DNA of 64,000 nucleotides from Schizochytrium sp. TIO01 (Eukaryota > Protista > Bigyra: Labyrinthulomycetes), in contig SMSO01000031.1 in the NCBI GenBank assembly GCA_004764695.1, positions 6,740,761-6,804,760 on the forward strand. The letters run 5' to 3'. Positions 35,452 to 46,168 of this stretch are shown piece by piece (within the stretch, counting starts at the first letter, position 1; every line of letters starts with the position of its first letter). The notes beneath the pieces were generated by a model, which ran no database searches, was not told the DNA's origin, and worked only from the letters and a program-made list of their open reading frames with translations. The position numbers were made by a program, and so were the translations under genes.

Positions 35452-37297
35452 TTAAACAACTGGCTCTTGGCATGTTGGACCCCAAGTCGAGTCCCACATG
35501 CTGCCATTTCGGGTTTTCCACATCCGTGCTACATTTGGAGGAGACACAACGTACGGGTAAGCACAGTTCATCGTGCACCAGTTGCCGAATTCCGTAGTAA
35601 TATTTGCGGCTTGGGAAACATTAGCGTTCTCAGCAGTGGTGTTGTAGATAAGAGGGAGCTCACCGGAGAGCACGCCCGTTCCGTCAGGACAATCTACTGT
35701 ACCACGCATAAATGTGATTCTCACATATTGTCCTACATACTCAAGTGCCTTTAGTAGATCTTCTACGCTTTCGAGCAAGCTGTTCTGGTATATTCTGATG
35801 CGTCCTCCCACGTATTTGAGAGAGTTCAAATCTGAGACTGAGTTTAGAACAGAGTTGACATAAACAAGAAGGTCCTCCCCAATATATTGTAAGCCTTGTA
35901 GCCCACTTAAAGAAGTCATAGAAGGCATGGAATGAACTACTAAGGAACCTCCTACAAAAGCAAGCTTCTCTAATCCCTCATAAGTTATCATACTTCCTTG
36001 AATATATAAGGAACCGCCAACTTGCTCCAATGAGCTCAGTCCGTCTGTAAGGTTGGTCAACTGAGGAACACGACCGATAATGACTGACCCATTCACTAGC
36101 CTTAAATTACCAATGCCTTGCAGGGACCTAAATCGGCGATTGTCTTCAATTATGAAATTTCCGCCTATCTCGTTAACAGCCGTGTCATCAGTACGGCTGA
36201 AGCTATGAAACTGATCATTCCGAATAAGCAACACCTGGCCTTCCAATAGTTTTAAGAGATGTAAGAGGACCCACCTCAATCATCATTTGGTTCTGTGATA
36301 TCGTCCAATCACCCCCGATTCTCTCAAGCATCTCGAGACCATGTAGGCTCACGAGCTCAGGGTTCGCATCAATAATGAAGCTTTCTCCTATAGAGTGCAA
36401 CGCTTTAAAACCAGTTGCAGTTTGTAAAAGAAGATTACCTTGCACAACCAGGGAGCCACCAATCGTTTCCAGCTTGTCCGTACCATTAAAGTTGCGCAGC
36501 TCAGAATTCACAGAAATATTAAAATCACCTCCAATCAAGGTGAGCTTTCCGATGCCATGCAATGTGCGCAACCCAATCAGCTCGTCCTCGCTATAAACCG
36601 AGGTTTCTAATGGATCAACTTTACGACTAAGGCCTTGACGAGGGGCTTTGCGTCGAGGAAAATGTAATTCAGAATCTTCTATGCAGCTGTCAAGGTTATT
36701 TTGTAGGTATCTTTCTTGCACCACCAAGTCATCAAGGCGTGTCATACTTAGTGCTTCACCACAACTTTGGACCACAAAGCTCCCTCCAACTTTCGTAAGA
36801 TTATCAAGTCCGCCAAGGCTGACTAAATACGGATTTCTCTTCAGAAGAATATCTCCAGATACCTCTTCTAAACGTCCAAAGCCATTCAAAGATGTAACTT
36901 GAGTATTATCCTCGACGACAATTCCTCCGTTTTCAATTTTAGTTAGACAAACGGGAGGATAGCGTAGAGGACCACTGATGCGAATTGTTCCGTTCACGGT
37001 CTTGCATAGCATGGCATCTGCATCATTTGACAAATCGAAGTCGCCGCTGCATGAAATATTGAGACAAGCTGCTGCATCGTAATCTGAGGAATTCCATAGA
37101 CTTACAGGTCGCACAGTTGTCCAACTCTGCACAGGATCTTGCCGCCAGTCCAAGCTCACGCCGTCTCCTATGAACGAACTCGTTTCATATGGAGAGTTGG
37201 CTTGGGCTCCTCCAAACAGAAGCAGTACATGGAGCAAAGTCAACCCAGCAAGACTCAACCGTTCGACAACACCTCGACAAGAACTGTGCATATTCAC
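35452..37297 (-). CDS. Secreted receptor-L-domain repeat protein (about 614 aa) interrupted by a +1 frameshift
   Basis: Signal peptide ending GGAQA; about 25-aa repeats LxGLxxLxxVGGxxxIxxNxxL in both ORFs. Removing one T at 36241-36242 gives KTIGGQVLLIRN and joins 36215-37297 to 35452-36279. Confidence 0.8.
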
Positions 37298-37736
37298 ACA
37301 GATTCTCCCATCTACACCAGCGATGGTACTTGAGGAAAACTAGTCTTACAGACAAACTCGCCAGAAGAGTGCGTTTGCGAATGGGCTTGGTACGACTTCC
37401 CGCTTTAAAAAAGTCGTGCCAAGCCGTTGACTGTTTTCCTTTAGGAGGTACTAATGGTTGTATTAGTTATAAAACACAAGAGACACAACTAGTAGCAGTT
37501 GAGAATTGGGATTAGTTCTGGGAACGTTCCAAACTACAAATAAGCAACTAAAGAAATCAAGAAGAATACATAACCCACATGACAGCCAAGGGGGGGGGAG
37601 GACAAGTCGTAAGAGAAGTTAGTAACAAAGAGATGTTTATCTTGGCTCACAAGTTTATGCGTAGCTGGGCATTATTAGAAAGATAAAAGAAGAGCAAGTC
37701 ATCTATTGTTCACGCCTTAGAGGTATGAATCTCCTT

Positions 37737-40349
37737 TTAAAAGTCAAATTCATCATCATCTTCATCAACGACATCCCGTTCTTCGAGGATGCCGGCATAC
37801 GTTGGTTTGTTTGCAGCGATGAAATGGTCCAGAGCGGATGTCGAATATCGCAGTGAGTTTTGTTCTGCCTTAGGTAAACTTGCACTGTCTTCACCGCCAT
37901 CAGAGACATCAGCAAGCTCCTCATCGTCGTCAATATCATCGTCAATATCGCCAATATCGAATGAATGCAAAGGATTTCCTAGCCTTGATTCGCCAATATT
38001 GTTTTGTACAACCAATCGGCTAGCATCGAATTCATCATCGTTCTCAGCTTCGTCATCATCGATTAACTCTGACCTGGAAGATGAGCTTGGGGGGTCAGGG
38101 TGAGTCGAATGTTTACTCGGATGTGGAGAACTATCTAAAAGCTCGTCAAAAGTGAGTTGGCGTTGAGTGTTACGCATTGAAGGAGAAATTTGGTGTAGAG
38201 TTTGTGGATTTGAAGCAAATTCGCGGACGAGCCAACGAATATTTGCAGCACATATACCATCAGGTCTTTCACCAGGGGGCAAAAGAACAGGCATAAAGAT
38301 AGACGCTAAGTCTTCTCGAGAGACCAGTCGCTCGCGCAAAACCCACTGCCAGTAATCAACTAAAAGTCTCCAAACTCTCTCACGCCCGTCACGACAGGAG
38401 GCGTGAAAGCGATGCAATGCTTCGGCAACGCGAGATAGGTCAGTAGTCATACTTCCATCCCCTAAGAGAGAAAGCGACAATAGGCCACCAGCTTCAACAG
38501 AAAGTAGGGAGAATATTGCTTGCAAAATCAAATCGATGTTTGTACTTTCGCGCAGAGCTTGACGACCTCTAGAACGAAGGTCCTGTTTCAAGCGAGTGAC
38601 ATTGGACGATGGAATCTCCTCTTCAGACTCCAATAATCCATGTTTAGAAGCACGGAGCTCCCCCAAAGCGTTGGGGTTTCTTAAGGACTCAAAAAGAATT
38701 TCCAAGTCGGTAGCAACTACATCCCACCTTTGCTGACCCTGCATAAAGTTTTCCTTCTTCTTTGTAGGAGGCACGGTCCGAGGGACGGCGCGTTTGACCT
38801 CGCGCGCAGATTTTTGCTCAGTGAATGGAAGTTTACGCGCTCGCACATCCCCTGTAAAGAGCTCTGCACCTAAAGATCCTACTGTATCTTCATTCGATAA
38901 GTTTCGATCATCACATGTGATTACTAGAGGGTAGTTATCACCGAAAGCAAGTGTTGAGACCTCTCTGGCTACAAGTCCAATCTCATCGTTTTGTTCGACC
39001 CGAACTTCAAAACGTCTGCCTGTTTCATTCAACTGCACTTGCAAATTCCAGGAGTTTGGAATTCTGGCCATCCGGCCCATCCCTTTAGTTGTATTAAAGC
39101 GCTGCTCAGCTTGTGGAGGCAATGTCTTGCCAAGTGGCACGCTCTGCCAATCATATGTGAGAATGAATGCAGGACTTCGTGGCGTGGAAACTGCAGCTTT
39201 ATCCAAAGCACCCGTTTCGTTATTGCGTTGAGGAGTTTGTACAAATGGTACGTCGTTGCGGGTCGGTGAAACGTAAGGATCAGTAGATGCTTGAGCAGTC
39301 AAACGTTGCGACGGGCTCGTTTTCTGGCTACTCTTGGGAGAAGGGACTTGCGTTGGAAGATTCTGTTTTCCAAAGCCTTCATCAGAGCTTGAATCGTCAA
39401 CAAGTTTGTCCTCAAGTACAGCGTGAAAGAGCTTCCCAGATGTTTGACCCTTGGGGCGATGCCTTGCCGCTGATGCAGGGAGTGGTGTGAGTAAATCAGG
39501 TACTGATGATGTTGTTTGGGAGGTATGTGGTCTGGAAATTGGAGTTTGTGGGTATGGTGTTTGGGCGGACTTCGCCCTAGCAGCTCTGCCACTTTTTTCT
39601 TCAGCACCTTGACGATAGTCTCTTCCTCTGGATGAAGGCAGATCTACAACTGCAGCATCTCCGTCGTGAGGCACCCTTGTGTGAACTGGGCTCACTACAT
39701 TTTGCACCAAGTTTTCTTGCTGTTCCCGGTACCGAGCAATCGCCCTTGCACGAGCTTCGTGTTCAAGTTTGGCCCTTTCACGATCCCTCAAGGCCTGCTC
39801 AGCGTGCTCTTGCATCCTGAGGACCTCAACGTCATGTTCTTTGTCTGCCACCATTGCTCGAATAGTCTTCTCCTTCTCAAAGGCAGATTTCGCTGCGGCC
39901 TGGCGTTTCCTGAGCTCATCCTCCGTACGTTCGAGCTTGCGAAGTCTACGAAACGCTTCTTGTTCCATCTCTAATTGCCAGCTCGGAAACATGCGATTCA
40001 CTTGCTGTTTATAACGCTCTGCAACATCAGCAAGTACCGCTTCGGCCTGAGTCCCAAACCGTTTCGCGGCAGAACTCTCGCTCGCTCCTCCGGCGGTGTG
40101 AAAAGCTGGATTCCGCAAAGATTTGACTCTTTGCAGCGCATTTCCAATGTCATCAAGAACTACACTTGTTCGTTCCTTCGTCGCGGCTTGACGAGCGGCA
40201 ACTTTGCCTTTGGTCCTGCGAGCACTTTGCAACTGAATGAGCCCAAATTCCGCTTGTGTCGCCAGCTTCGACTCATACTTTCGCTCCAAAACCTCGCGCT
40301 CGCGGCCCACCTCAGCAAGCTTGGCACGGAGCTCGTCCAGTTCTGCCAT
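37737..40349 (-). CDS. Coiled-coil protein with a central ubiquitin-like domain; tentatively Kizuna-like
   Basis: 870-aa ORF from ATG 40349; N-terminal coiled coil; Ubl-like segment LQVQLNETGRRFEVRVEQNDEIG...NLSNEDTVGSLG; helical domain; acidic tail ending DDDEFDF. Family call is from memory only. Confidence 0.75.
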   Translation of the reverse strand: MAELDELRAKLAEVGREREVLERKYESKLATQAEFGLIQLQSARRTKGKVAARQAATKERTSVVLDDIGNALQRVKSLRNPAFHTAGGASESSAAKRFGTQAEAVLADVAERYKQQVNRMFPSWQLEMEQEAFRRLRKLERTEDELRKRQAAAKSAFEKEKTIRAMVADKEHDVEVLRMQEHAEQALRDRERAKLEHEARARAIARYREQQENLVQNVVSPVHTRVPHDGDAAVVDLPSSRGRDYRQGAEEKSGRAARAKSAQTPYPQTPISRPHTSQTTSSVPDLLTPLPASAARHRPKGQTSGKLFHAVLEDKLVDDSSSDEGFGKQNLPTQVPSPKSSQKTSPSQRLTAQASTDPYVSPTRNDVPFVQTPQRNNETGALDKAAVSTPRSPAFILTYDWQSVPLGKTLPPQAEQRFNTTKGMGRMARIPNSWNLQVQLNETGRRFEVRVEQNDEIGLVAREVSTLAFGDNYPLVITCDDRNLSNEDTVGSLGAELFTGDVRARKLPFTEQKSAREVKRAVPRTVPPTKKKENFMQGQQRWDVVATDLEILFESLRNPNALGELRASKHGLLESEEEIPSSNVTRLKQDLRSRGRQALRESTNIDLILQAIFSLLSVEAGGLLSLSLLGDGSMTTDLSRVAEALHRFHASCRDGRERVWRLLVDYWQWVLRERLVSREDLASIFMPVLLPPGERPDGICAANIRWLVREFASNPQTLHQISPSMRNTQRQLTFDELLDSSPHPSKHSTHPDPPSSSSRSELIDDDEAENDDEFDASRLVVQNNIGESRLGNPLHSFDIGDIDDDIDDDEELADVSDGGEDSASLPKAEQNSLRYSTSALDHFIAANKPTYAGILEERDVVDEDDDEFDF

Positions 40350-41021
40350 TAAGCCTACACCCCCGCTCACGAGCTCGACACGAATGTCAAAACATGCGAT
40401 TTGGCTTCATCTCCAAATTCTCCAAAATCGATGAATCAAACAAACTGTTTCTCAAAACATGCAACTTTTTCCACCCTTTTATTTTTTAATTAATATTTTT
40501 AATTTAAAAATGTTTTTTTTTTTTTCTTTTTCCTAATTCTTTAATTGAACAGCACTAGAGATTGCTACTGTAAATACCTAAGTATACTAGTAATAAGTCC
40601 TCCCTCATGGGAGATTGGAACGGCCAGGGGAAAACAAGGATGGCGTTCTCTTTGATTCGCATCCGTTTATACCCAGATCCTGATGTCATGTGCTTTGGCT
40701 GTTTTATTTGACGCGAAAGCATGAAAATCTTCAACGCACGTGAGTCTGTATCTTCTCTCGAAATTTATTCTCTAGTTATGGTTTTTGAGCAATCATGAAT
40801 GTCCTCTGGGCGCTTTGATCAGGACCAAATCGAGAGACTTCTAAGAGGTGTATAGTTGAACTTCTTTGCACCCATAGAAAGAACGTATCATCATAAATTA
40901 ATTGAGTATAAAATTACATTGTAACATAACGTATGGAGTACCCCTCTGATAGGCGAGTGAAAAAAGGCAGCAAGCAGGATGGCAGAGCCTTTTTGGAGTA
41001 GGCAGTGGAGCGAAAGCTGCG

Positions 41022-41810
41022 ATGGCAAGCTCGGACCCCTCGCAGCCTAAGGGCCCCAGCAAGCCTCAGGACCTCATCGCTGCCTCGCGCAGCTACGAGC
41101 CTCTAGTAAGTCTTCACAGCGAGAGCTCTGTCAACAATCTTGAAACTATCTCACCTTCGGGGCGAATGGAGCCATGAACCTCACGACGAGTGAACCCTCT
41201 CTGACCTAAACGTTGTGCGCTTTGTCATGGGTGAGGAACAATGAATGATAGGAACACCGTGGGTCGTGGTGAATTTGAACATAGAACTATGAGAGCACTC
41301 TAGTACTCAAAAGCTAGGCAATGTGACACTGACAATTTTGTTCAACTGGATGACTGCTTCTCATTTTGCTGAACGTGACATGAAAATGACATATGATATC
41401 GCGCGTGATGACCTTGTTTACTTTGATTCACTTTCTATTTCTGTTTTGCACCTCTTGTGACACCTCGTCGGATACGGTCGGACCTTCGGTCACATTGTTC
41501 GACACGTATGAAATAGATTCCTGCTGCAGTTGTTGATTATTACTTGAAAAGAGCAGGATGCATTATGAAGGATGACGACCTGGTTGCGATCGTGGGCCTT
41601 GCAGCGCAAAAATTAGCGTGTGATATTGCCACCGAGACGTCTGCGCGCTGGTTTGGTCGTGAGGAGGGAGATCTCAAGCGTAAGGCCTCGCAAACGGACG
41701 ACGATGGCGAGAAGAAGCCCAAGCTTACCTCCCGCGATCTGGAAGGCAGCTTGCTTAAGATTGGTGTCAACAGTGATCCCCCTCCATATTATATTGGACC
41801 TGACAGCTAA
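41022..41810 (+). CDS. TAF10: TFIID/SAGA subunit TAF10, two exons (41022-41105, 41517-41810), 125 aa
   Basis: Exon 1 MASSD...SYEPL, donor GTAAGT at 41106, acceptor AATAG ending 41516; exon 2 IPAAVVDYYLKRAG...LAAQKLACDIA...LTSRDL...GVN..PPYY matches the TAF10 pattern YxPTIPDAVT.YYL.RAG...LAAQKFISDIA...LT.EDL...G.N..KP.Y. Confidence 0.92.
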
Positions 41811-42202
41811 TTCGAAGTTATGCTTCGTCTTTCATGGATTATGCGATGCCATTCTTGTTCCAATAATGTCTTAAACCAAGACTGCAAGCTTTCGTTACGA
41901 AGCAAGAGACAGCAAAATAACGCAATCCTTACCCCATATATACACTCCAAACGAAAGAACGAGGGGTAGAATGGAGTTTGTGGACTCCCTCCCCCCGCCC
42001 CCCTTTTGTCTGCCCATCCCTGTGACTTGATAAAAAGAAATAACTCACATCATTGGCAAATGCCACATGAATGCTATAATTGAAAAAAAAAAAAAATACG
42101 AATTATACTATTGTTTGATTAGCCATCGCGACCAGAGTCTGTTGAGGCCATATTATATGTTTTCCATTCACTTTGAATTTCCAGGGGTCATAGGTGATGT
42201 AC

Positions 42203-45200
42203 CTAGCTTGATGGAGCAAAACTCATTTCTTGATGCGGAAATGATGCTAGCAGTAGTTTCAATGTACAGGTAGGAGCATGTGGTTTGTGCTGGCACCAAG
42301 GGCATGGCATTCCTTTATGATCTACAGACTCTAAAGCAGTCTTTGCAGATGCAGCCCACTGGCGCAAGTTCATTTTTCTCTCTGTAACAGGATTCTCACG
42401 TGGGCACCACACTTGAACGACTAGATTTACTACGTGTCTATGATGCCCTGTTGAAAAAACAGCCCCCAATACGCTCCAATCGGGCGTAGCAAGTCCAGCT
42501 TCAGCACGTGGAGCATGAATTTGGATTGCTTCAAGAGCCCCAGCAAAAACTTGAATTACCTGGTGAATGCCGAAACATGTTCGCCCGACATTCATGACAG
42601 AATTTACATCCGATGTCGGATCCAGGATATATAGAGGTGCAGGCGCAGTTGACTTGGCAATCTCAACTAGGTGTTGACTCTTCATACGAAGCATGGTGAA
42701 GACTTCTGGTGTAGCGGCGGCATCCATATGAACCCAAACACCACGGTCAATAAAGGATGGGTCAGCATAGTCTGTCAAAAATGTCCAAAAGACAGCACCC
42801 AATGTATTGGAAGGGTAAGGAATACCACTCATACCTGAAGGAAAGAAACGCTGGAGGATTGCAGTAATCATGAGAACCAGACCGTAGGAGGAGAGTCCAC
42901 CAACAAACGGATCATTCAGACCCTTCTCTACAAGGAATTGCTTGAGAACGAGTGTCAAAGGTTTAAGAGGCGGATAGTTAGCCATGAGACGGCGAACCAG
43001 AGCGCACGTTCTCAGCCCAGTGTGCGTAAGGCCATCGAAGGTAATATCAATATTAATAAGGCTTCCTTGATTACCGAATGAAATGGGAATCTGTGCTGTG
43101 GCCAATTTAATTACTGGCACGGCAGTATTTTCGACTCCTTGAATCATTTGTACCCAGCCTTGCCCACGTAAGTGATCCAGGAGCGTGCGCATGGCCACTC
43201 GTGTGGGTACATTAAATCCCTGCACAACCATATCAACATCAGAGCATGGTGCTGCGAGACCCGTTTCAAGAGAACCAAAAAGACGGGCACTGGCACCTGG
43301 AAATAAAGACTCTACAGAAGCTCGAATACGTTCTGCAACAGCAAGTTGCCAAGGACGTCGAGTTACGGCAATTTGTTCTAATCCATGCGACATTTCTTCG
43401 AGGTCTTGAGTCAACATATCAAGAACCCCGGCGTGGATACCATTGATCACAAGAGGTGGTCCTATATTACTGTATGCAAGAGGCGAAGCTCCGAGCATTG
43501 GGTTTGCCACAGCATGTATAGAAGCGTTGGTCGCAGAAAACAGCATTGCTGGTGAAGATTTTGCACCTGTAATAGTGTTTCTCAAAGGGGAAAGCATTGT
43601 GGGGATCGCTGCTTGGGCTGGTGAGCCAGTAGATGCTTTTAAGCAATTCGATGTAGGTTCTATTGACAAAGCTAGTACTGAGCCCGATGCCAGTGCAGAT
43701 GATGTTGATTTAGATATACCTTCATTGTCACTTTCTGTGACAACAGAATCTCTACCCCCTTTGCTTGAGTTTCCGCTATCTTGAGTGCTGGCCATTGGTT
43801 TCGTATTAAGTTTCGCGTTTGCATCGACCCGCATAGCTACATCGCTGCGAAATGTTTGCGTCAGTTTACTGTTAGGATATATGGGGGGGGTGTTTTGTTC
43901 TTCGTATAGTGTAGAGCTGGAATTAACCGAGGAGAGCGACAACGTTTCAGAGCTTTCTCCACGTCGTCGACTTGCCATCCCCGTTGTAGACGAGCTCATA
44001 TTGTTTGGTGCAACATTACTATGCATCAGGACATCTTTGGAAGCGGTCTTCAAGATTGGTCCGCTAGATTGTGGCTTGGACCCCGGTTGCTGGCATGGTG
44101 ATTCGCTTCTTCGTTTTGATAGCTGGCGATGAGAATGCCTTCGAGCTCGACGTGAAGCCGGCTCGACCTTTTTCCACTCCCCTTCTGTATTCGACTCAGA
44201 CTCTCTTGGTGAGTAACTTGCAGAACGACTGTGTACGATAGTCCGAAGAAGGGCTTCTTGTGGCTGGTCGGGACCAAGAGGTCGAGGTTTGACCTCATTG
44301 TCATCAGAGCCAGCACTACCTTTGATTCGAATTTGTTTGATTTGATGTTCTTTGTTTCCATTTCCATCCTCTTGAGTAGTTTCCTCCGCCTCCTCCGCCT
44401 CCTCATCATCATCATCATCATTATCATCATCATCGAAACTGTTCTGAGGTCCTGAACCCTGGTTGGCAATTGCCTCAGTTGAGACAACACTATCTGATGT
44501 CGAAGACACTTCTAGAAGGTGATCTTCCTCTCGATTAGTATAGCCACTATCCTTTTCCCCTTCGTGAAGACACTCACTGTCATCTTGCGCACCCACAACA
44601 TTTTCACTTTGTATACTTGATCCAATGTGATCAACATGAACTACATGTTTGCCTAGGTGTCTCCCTTGGAGATCACTTGGAGTGGTAGAAGATGAACTCT
44701 TTACGTTCTCCAAAGTATCGTTGCTTGTATCCAGCACCACATTCTGCACCGGGGAATCGTTTTGTGCCTTGACACTGCGTTCTTCTCTTTTACTATTGCT
44801 TTCCCCACTTCGAAGATGTTTATCCTCTACGTCTACGCTCGCTGTTTGAAATGCTGCTTGTGAGGACTGTTTCAGTTGTTGCTGCTGTTCCAGCTCCAAC
44901 TCTTGTCCCATTACTAAGTCATTGGCAACCTGGTCCGCGTGGAAGTCCTGAAGCGCCGCAGCACAAGCGCGCATTACTGCGTCGGCGCGAGATCCCCATT
45001 GAGAGACAGGGCACGTAAAGAGAAGAAGCAAAGCTTCTTGGCGTGGCTTTTGCGCAAGCTGAGTCAAATTATTACAGGTTTCCTCAGAGCCTATATTTTT
45101 GCTTACCTGTTTATTGCGCATTGAGACTAAAGTATCGCCAAGATAGCTTAAAGTAGTAATCCTTAGACTTGCCAATGGGGATAGCTTACAATCTCCTCCA

Positions 45201-46168
45201 GAACGGCTATGGCGTGAAACATAAGCAGAAACATTGCGGCAGAGCAAGGTTGCCAACAAGCTTGGCACTGAACCAGAAAACAATGTACTAGCAACTTTTT
45301 CATAAGCTCGGGTATTTCCTTTACTGGGGTCTTGCATAGACTGCAAATCATCTTGGTCTCCAGTCCGGAGCTCCGTTTGCACCAAACGCCCACGACCCAC
45401 AGCGCTTCCGAGAGCATTTTCAAGAATCCTTCGTGCGTCTACAACAAAAGCTGGTCGCAGAGCAAGAACAGATCGAGGCCCTTCTTCTTCTGAGTCAAGG
45501 ACCAGACTGCAATCAAGAAGCTTTTGACCAGCTTCTAGCTCAGTTTGTGTGGGTCTCTCGAACATTGCGCTCGCGCACCGAAGGCTGTCCCACGCATGGA
45601 CACCAGCAGCAAAGCTGAGAGCATCGCGTCCGGGAGACTGGACTGCAAGAAACAGCCCCTCCTGAAGCCCAATGTGAGCAATGCGCAAAGCGCGAACAAC
45701 ACATTTCACGAGCCTTACCTTGGCTAGGTCAGTAATCGTCAACGCCTCCATTTGCTCCTCGACACTAAGTGTCTCATAATAAGTCCATATTGGGTCGGCA
45801 GATCGACAACTCGAAGCAACTTCACCACTAGCAGAGTCTAGAGAGTCCATCCGTCTTGCTTCCTTCGCTTTGATAAAGGTGTTACTACTTTTAGTTGCTG
45901 GTTCATTCACGTGTTTACTCAGCCCTACATCAGCTCCTTCACCATATACGGCTACAGGTTTGAGAGAGTTTTCTGCAAGAAGTTTTGGCCACTGTGGTAG
46001 AACAAAGCTTAAAATTGTGCGTGCTGCCGGATTTTCCAGACGCCCAATCTCCTTGTCATCACCCCAAAGCTCCCCAAGACCTGAGTCCAATCCTTTGCTT
46101 TCTTTTTCCTTCGTAGTCCCATTTTGACGCCTACGTTTCTTTCGCTTCAGCTGTTGCTTGCCGCCCAT
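42203..46168 (-). CDS. Non-canonical poly(A) polymerase / terminal nucleotidyltransferase, TRF4/TENT4-like (1321 aa)
   Basis: FGSLETGLAAPCSDVDMVV (GS...DxD), third Asp in IDITFD, LKQFL..GLNDPFVGGLSSYGLVLM, PAP-associated LYILDP...NVGR; long N-terminal extension. Confidence 0.9.
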   Translation of the reverse strand: MGGKQQLKRKKRRRQNGTTKEKESKGLDSGLGELWGDDKEIGRLENPAARTILSFVLPQWPKLLAENSLKPVAVYGEGADVGLSKHVNEPATKSSNTFIKAKEARRMDSLDSASGEVASSCRSADPIWTYYETLSVEEQMEALTITDLAKVRLVKCVVRALRIAHIGLQEGLFLAVQSPGRDALSFAAGVHAWDSLRCASAMFERPTQTELEAGQKLLDCSLVLDSEEEGPRSVLALRPAFVVDARRILENALGSAVGRGRLVQTELRTGDQDDLQSMQDPSKGNTRAYEKVASTLFSGSVPSLLATLLCRNVSAYVSRHSRSGGDCKLSPLASLRITTLSYLGDTLVSMRNKQVSKNIGSEETCNNLTQLAQKPRQEALLLLFTCPVSQWGSRADAVMRACAAALQDFHADQVANDLVMGQELELEQQQQLKQSSQAAFQTASVDVEDKHLRSGESNSKREERSVKAQNDSPVQNVVLDTSNDTLENVKSSSSTTPSDLQGRHLGKHVVHVDHIGSSIQSENVVGAQDDSECLHEGEKDSGYTNREEDHLLEVSSTSDSVVSTEAIANQGSGPQNSFDDDDNDDDDDEEAEEAEETTQEDGNGNKEHQIKQIRIKGSAGSDDNEVKPRPLGPDQPQEALLRTIVHSRSASYSPRESESNTEGEWKKVEPASRRARRHSHRQLSKRRSESPCQQPGSKPQSSGPILKTASKDVLMHSNVAPNNMSSSTTGMASRRRGESSETLSLSSVNSSSTLYEEQNTPPIYPNSKLTQTFRSDVAMRVDANAKLNTKPMASTQDSGNSSKGGRDSVVTESDNEGISKSTSSALASGSVLALSIEPTSNCLKASTGSPAQAAIPTMLSPLRNTITGAKSSPAMLFSATNASIHAVANPMLGASPLAYSNIGPPLVINGIHAGVLDMLTQDLEEMSHGLEQIAVTRRPWQLAVAERIRASVESLFPGASARLFGSLETGLAAPCSDVDMVVQGFNVPTRVAMRTLLDHLRGQGWVQMIQGVENTAVPVIKLATAQIPISFGNQGSLINIDITFDGLTHTGLRTCALVRRLMANYPPLKPLTLVLKQFLVEKGLNDPFVGGLSSYGLVLMITAILQRFFPSGMSGIPYPSNTLGAVFWTFLTDYADPSFIDRGVWVHMDAAATPEVFTMLRMKSQHLVEIAKSTAPAPLYILDPTSDVNSVMNVGRTCFGIHQVIQVFAGALEAIQIHAPRAEAGLATPDWSVLGAVFSTGHHRHVVNLVVQVWCPRENPVTERKMNLRQWAASAKTALESVDHKGMPCPWCQHKPHAPTCTLKLLLASFPHQEMSFAPSS

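Noticed and set aside
36230-36250. Programmed ribosomal frameshifting at the two frameshift sites (here and 7321)
   Set aside because: No canonical X XXY YYZ slippery heptamer here. At 7317-7323 GAAACCC is not a standard site, and the paralogue lacks the extra base, so an indel or sequencing error is simpler.
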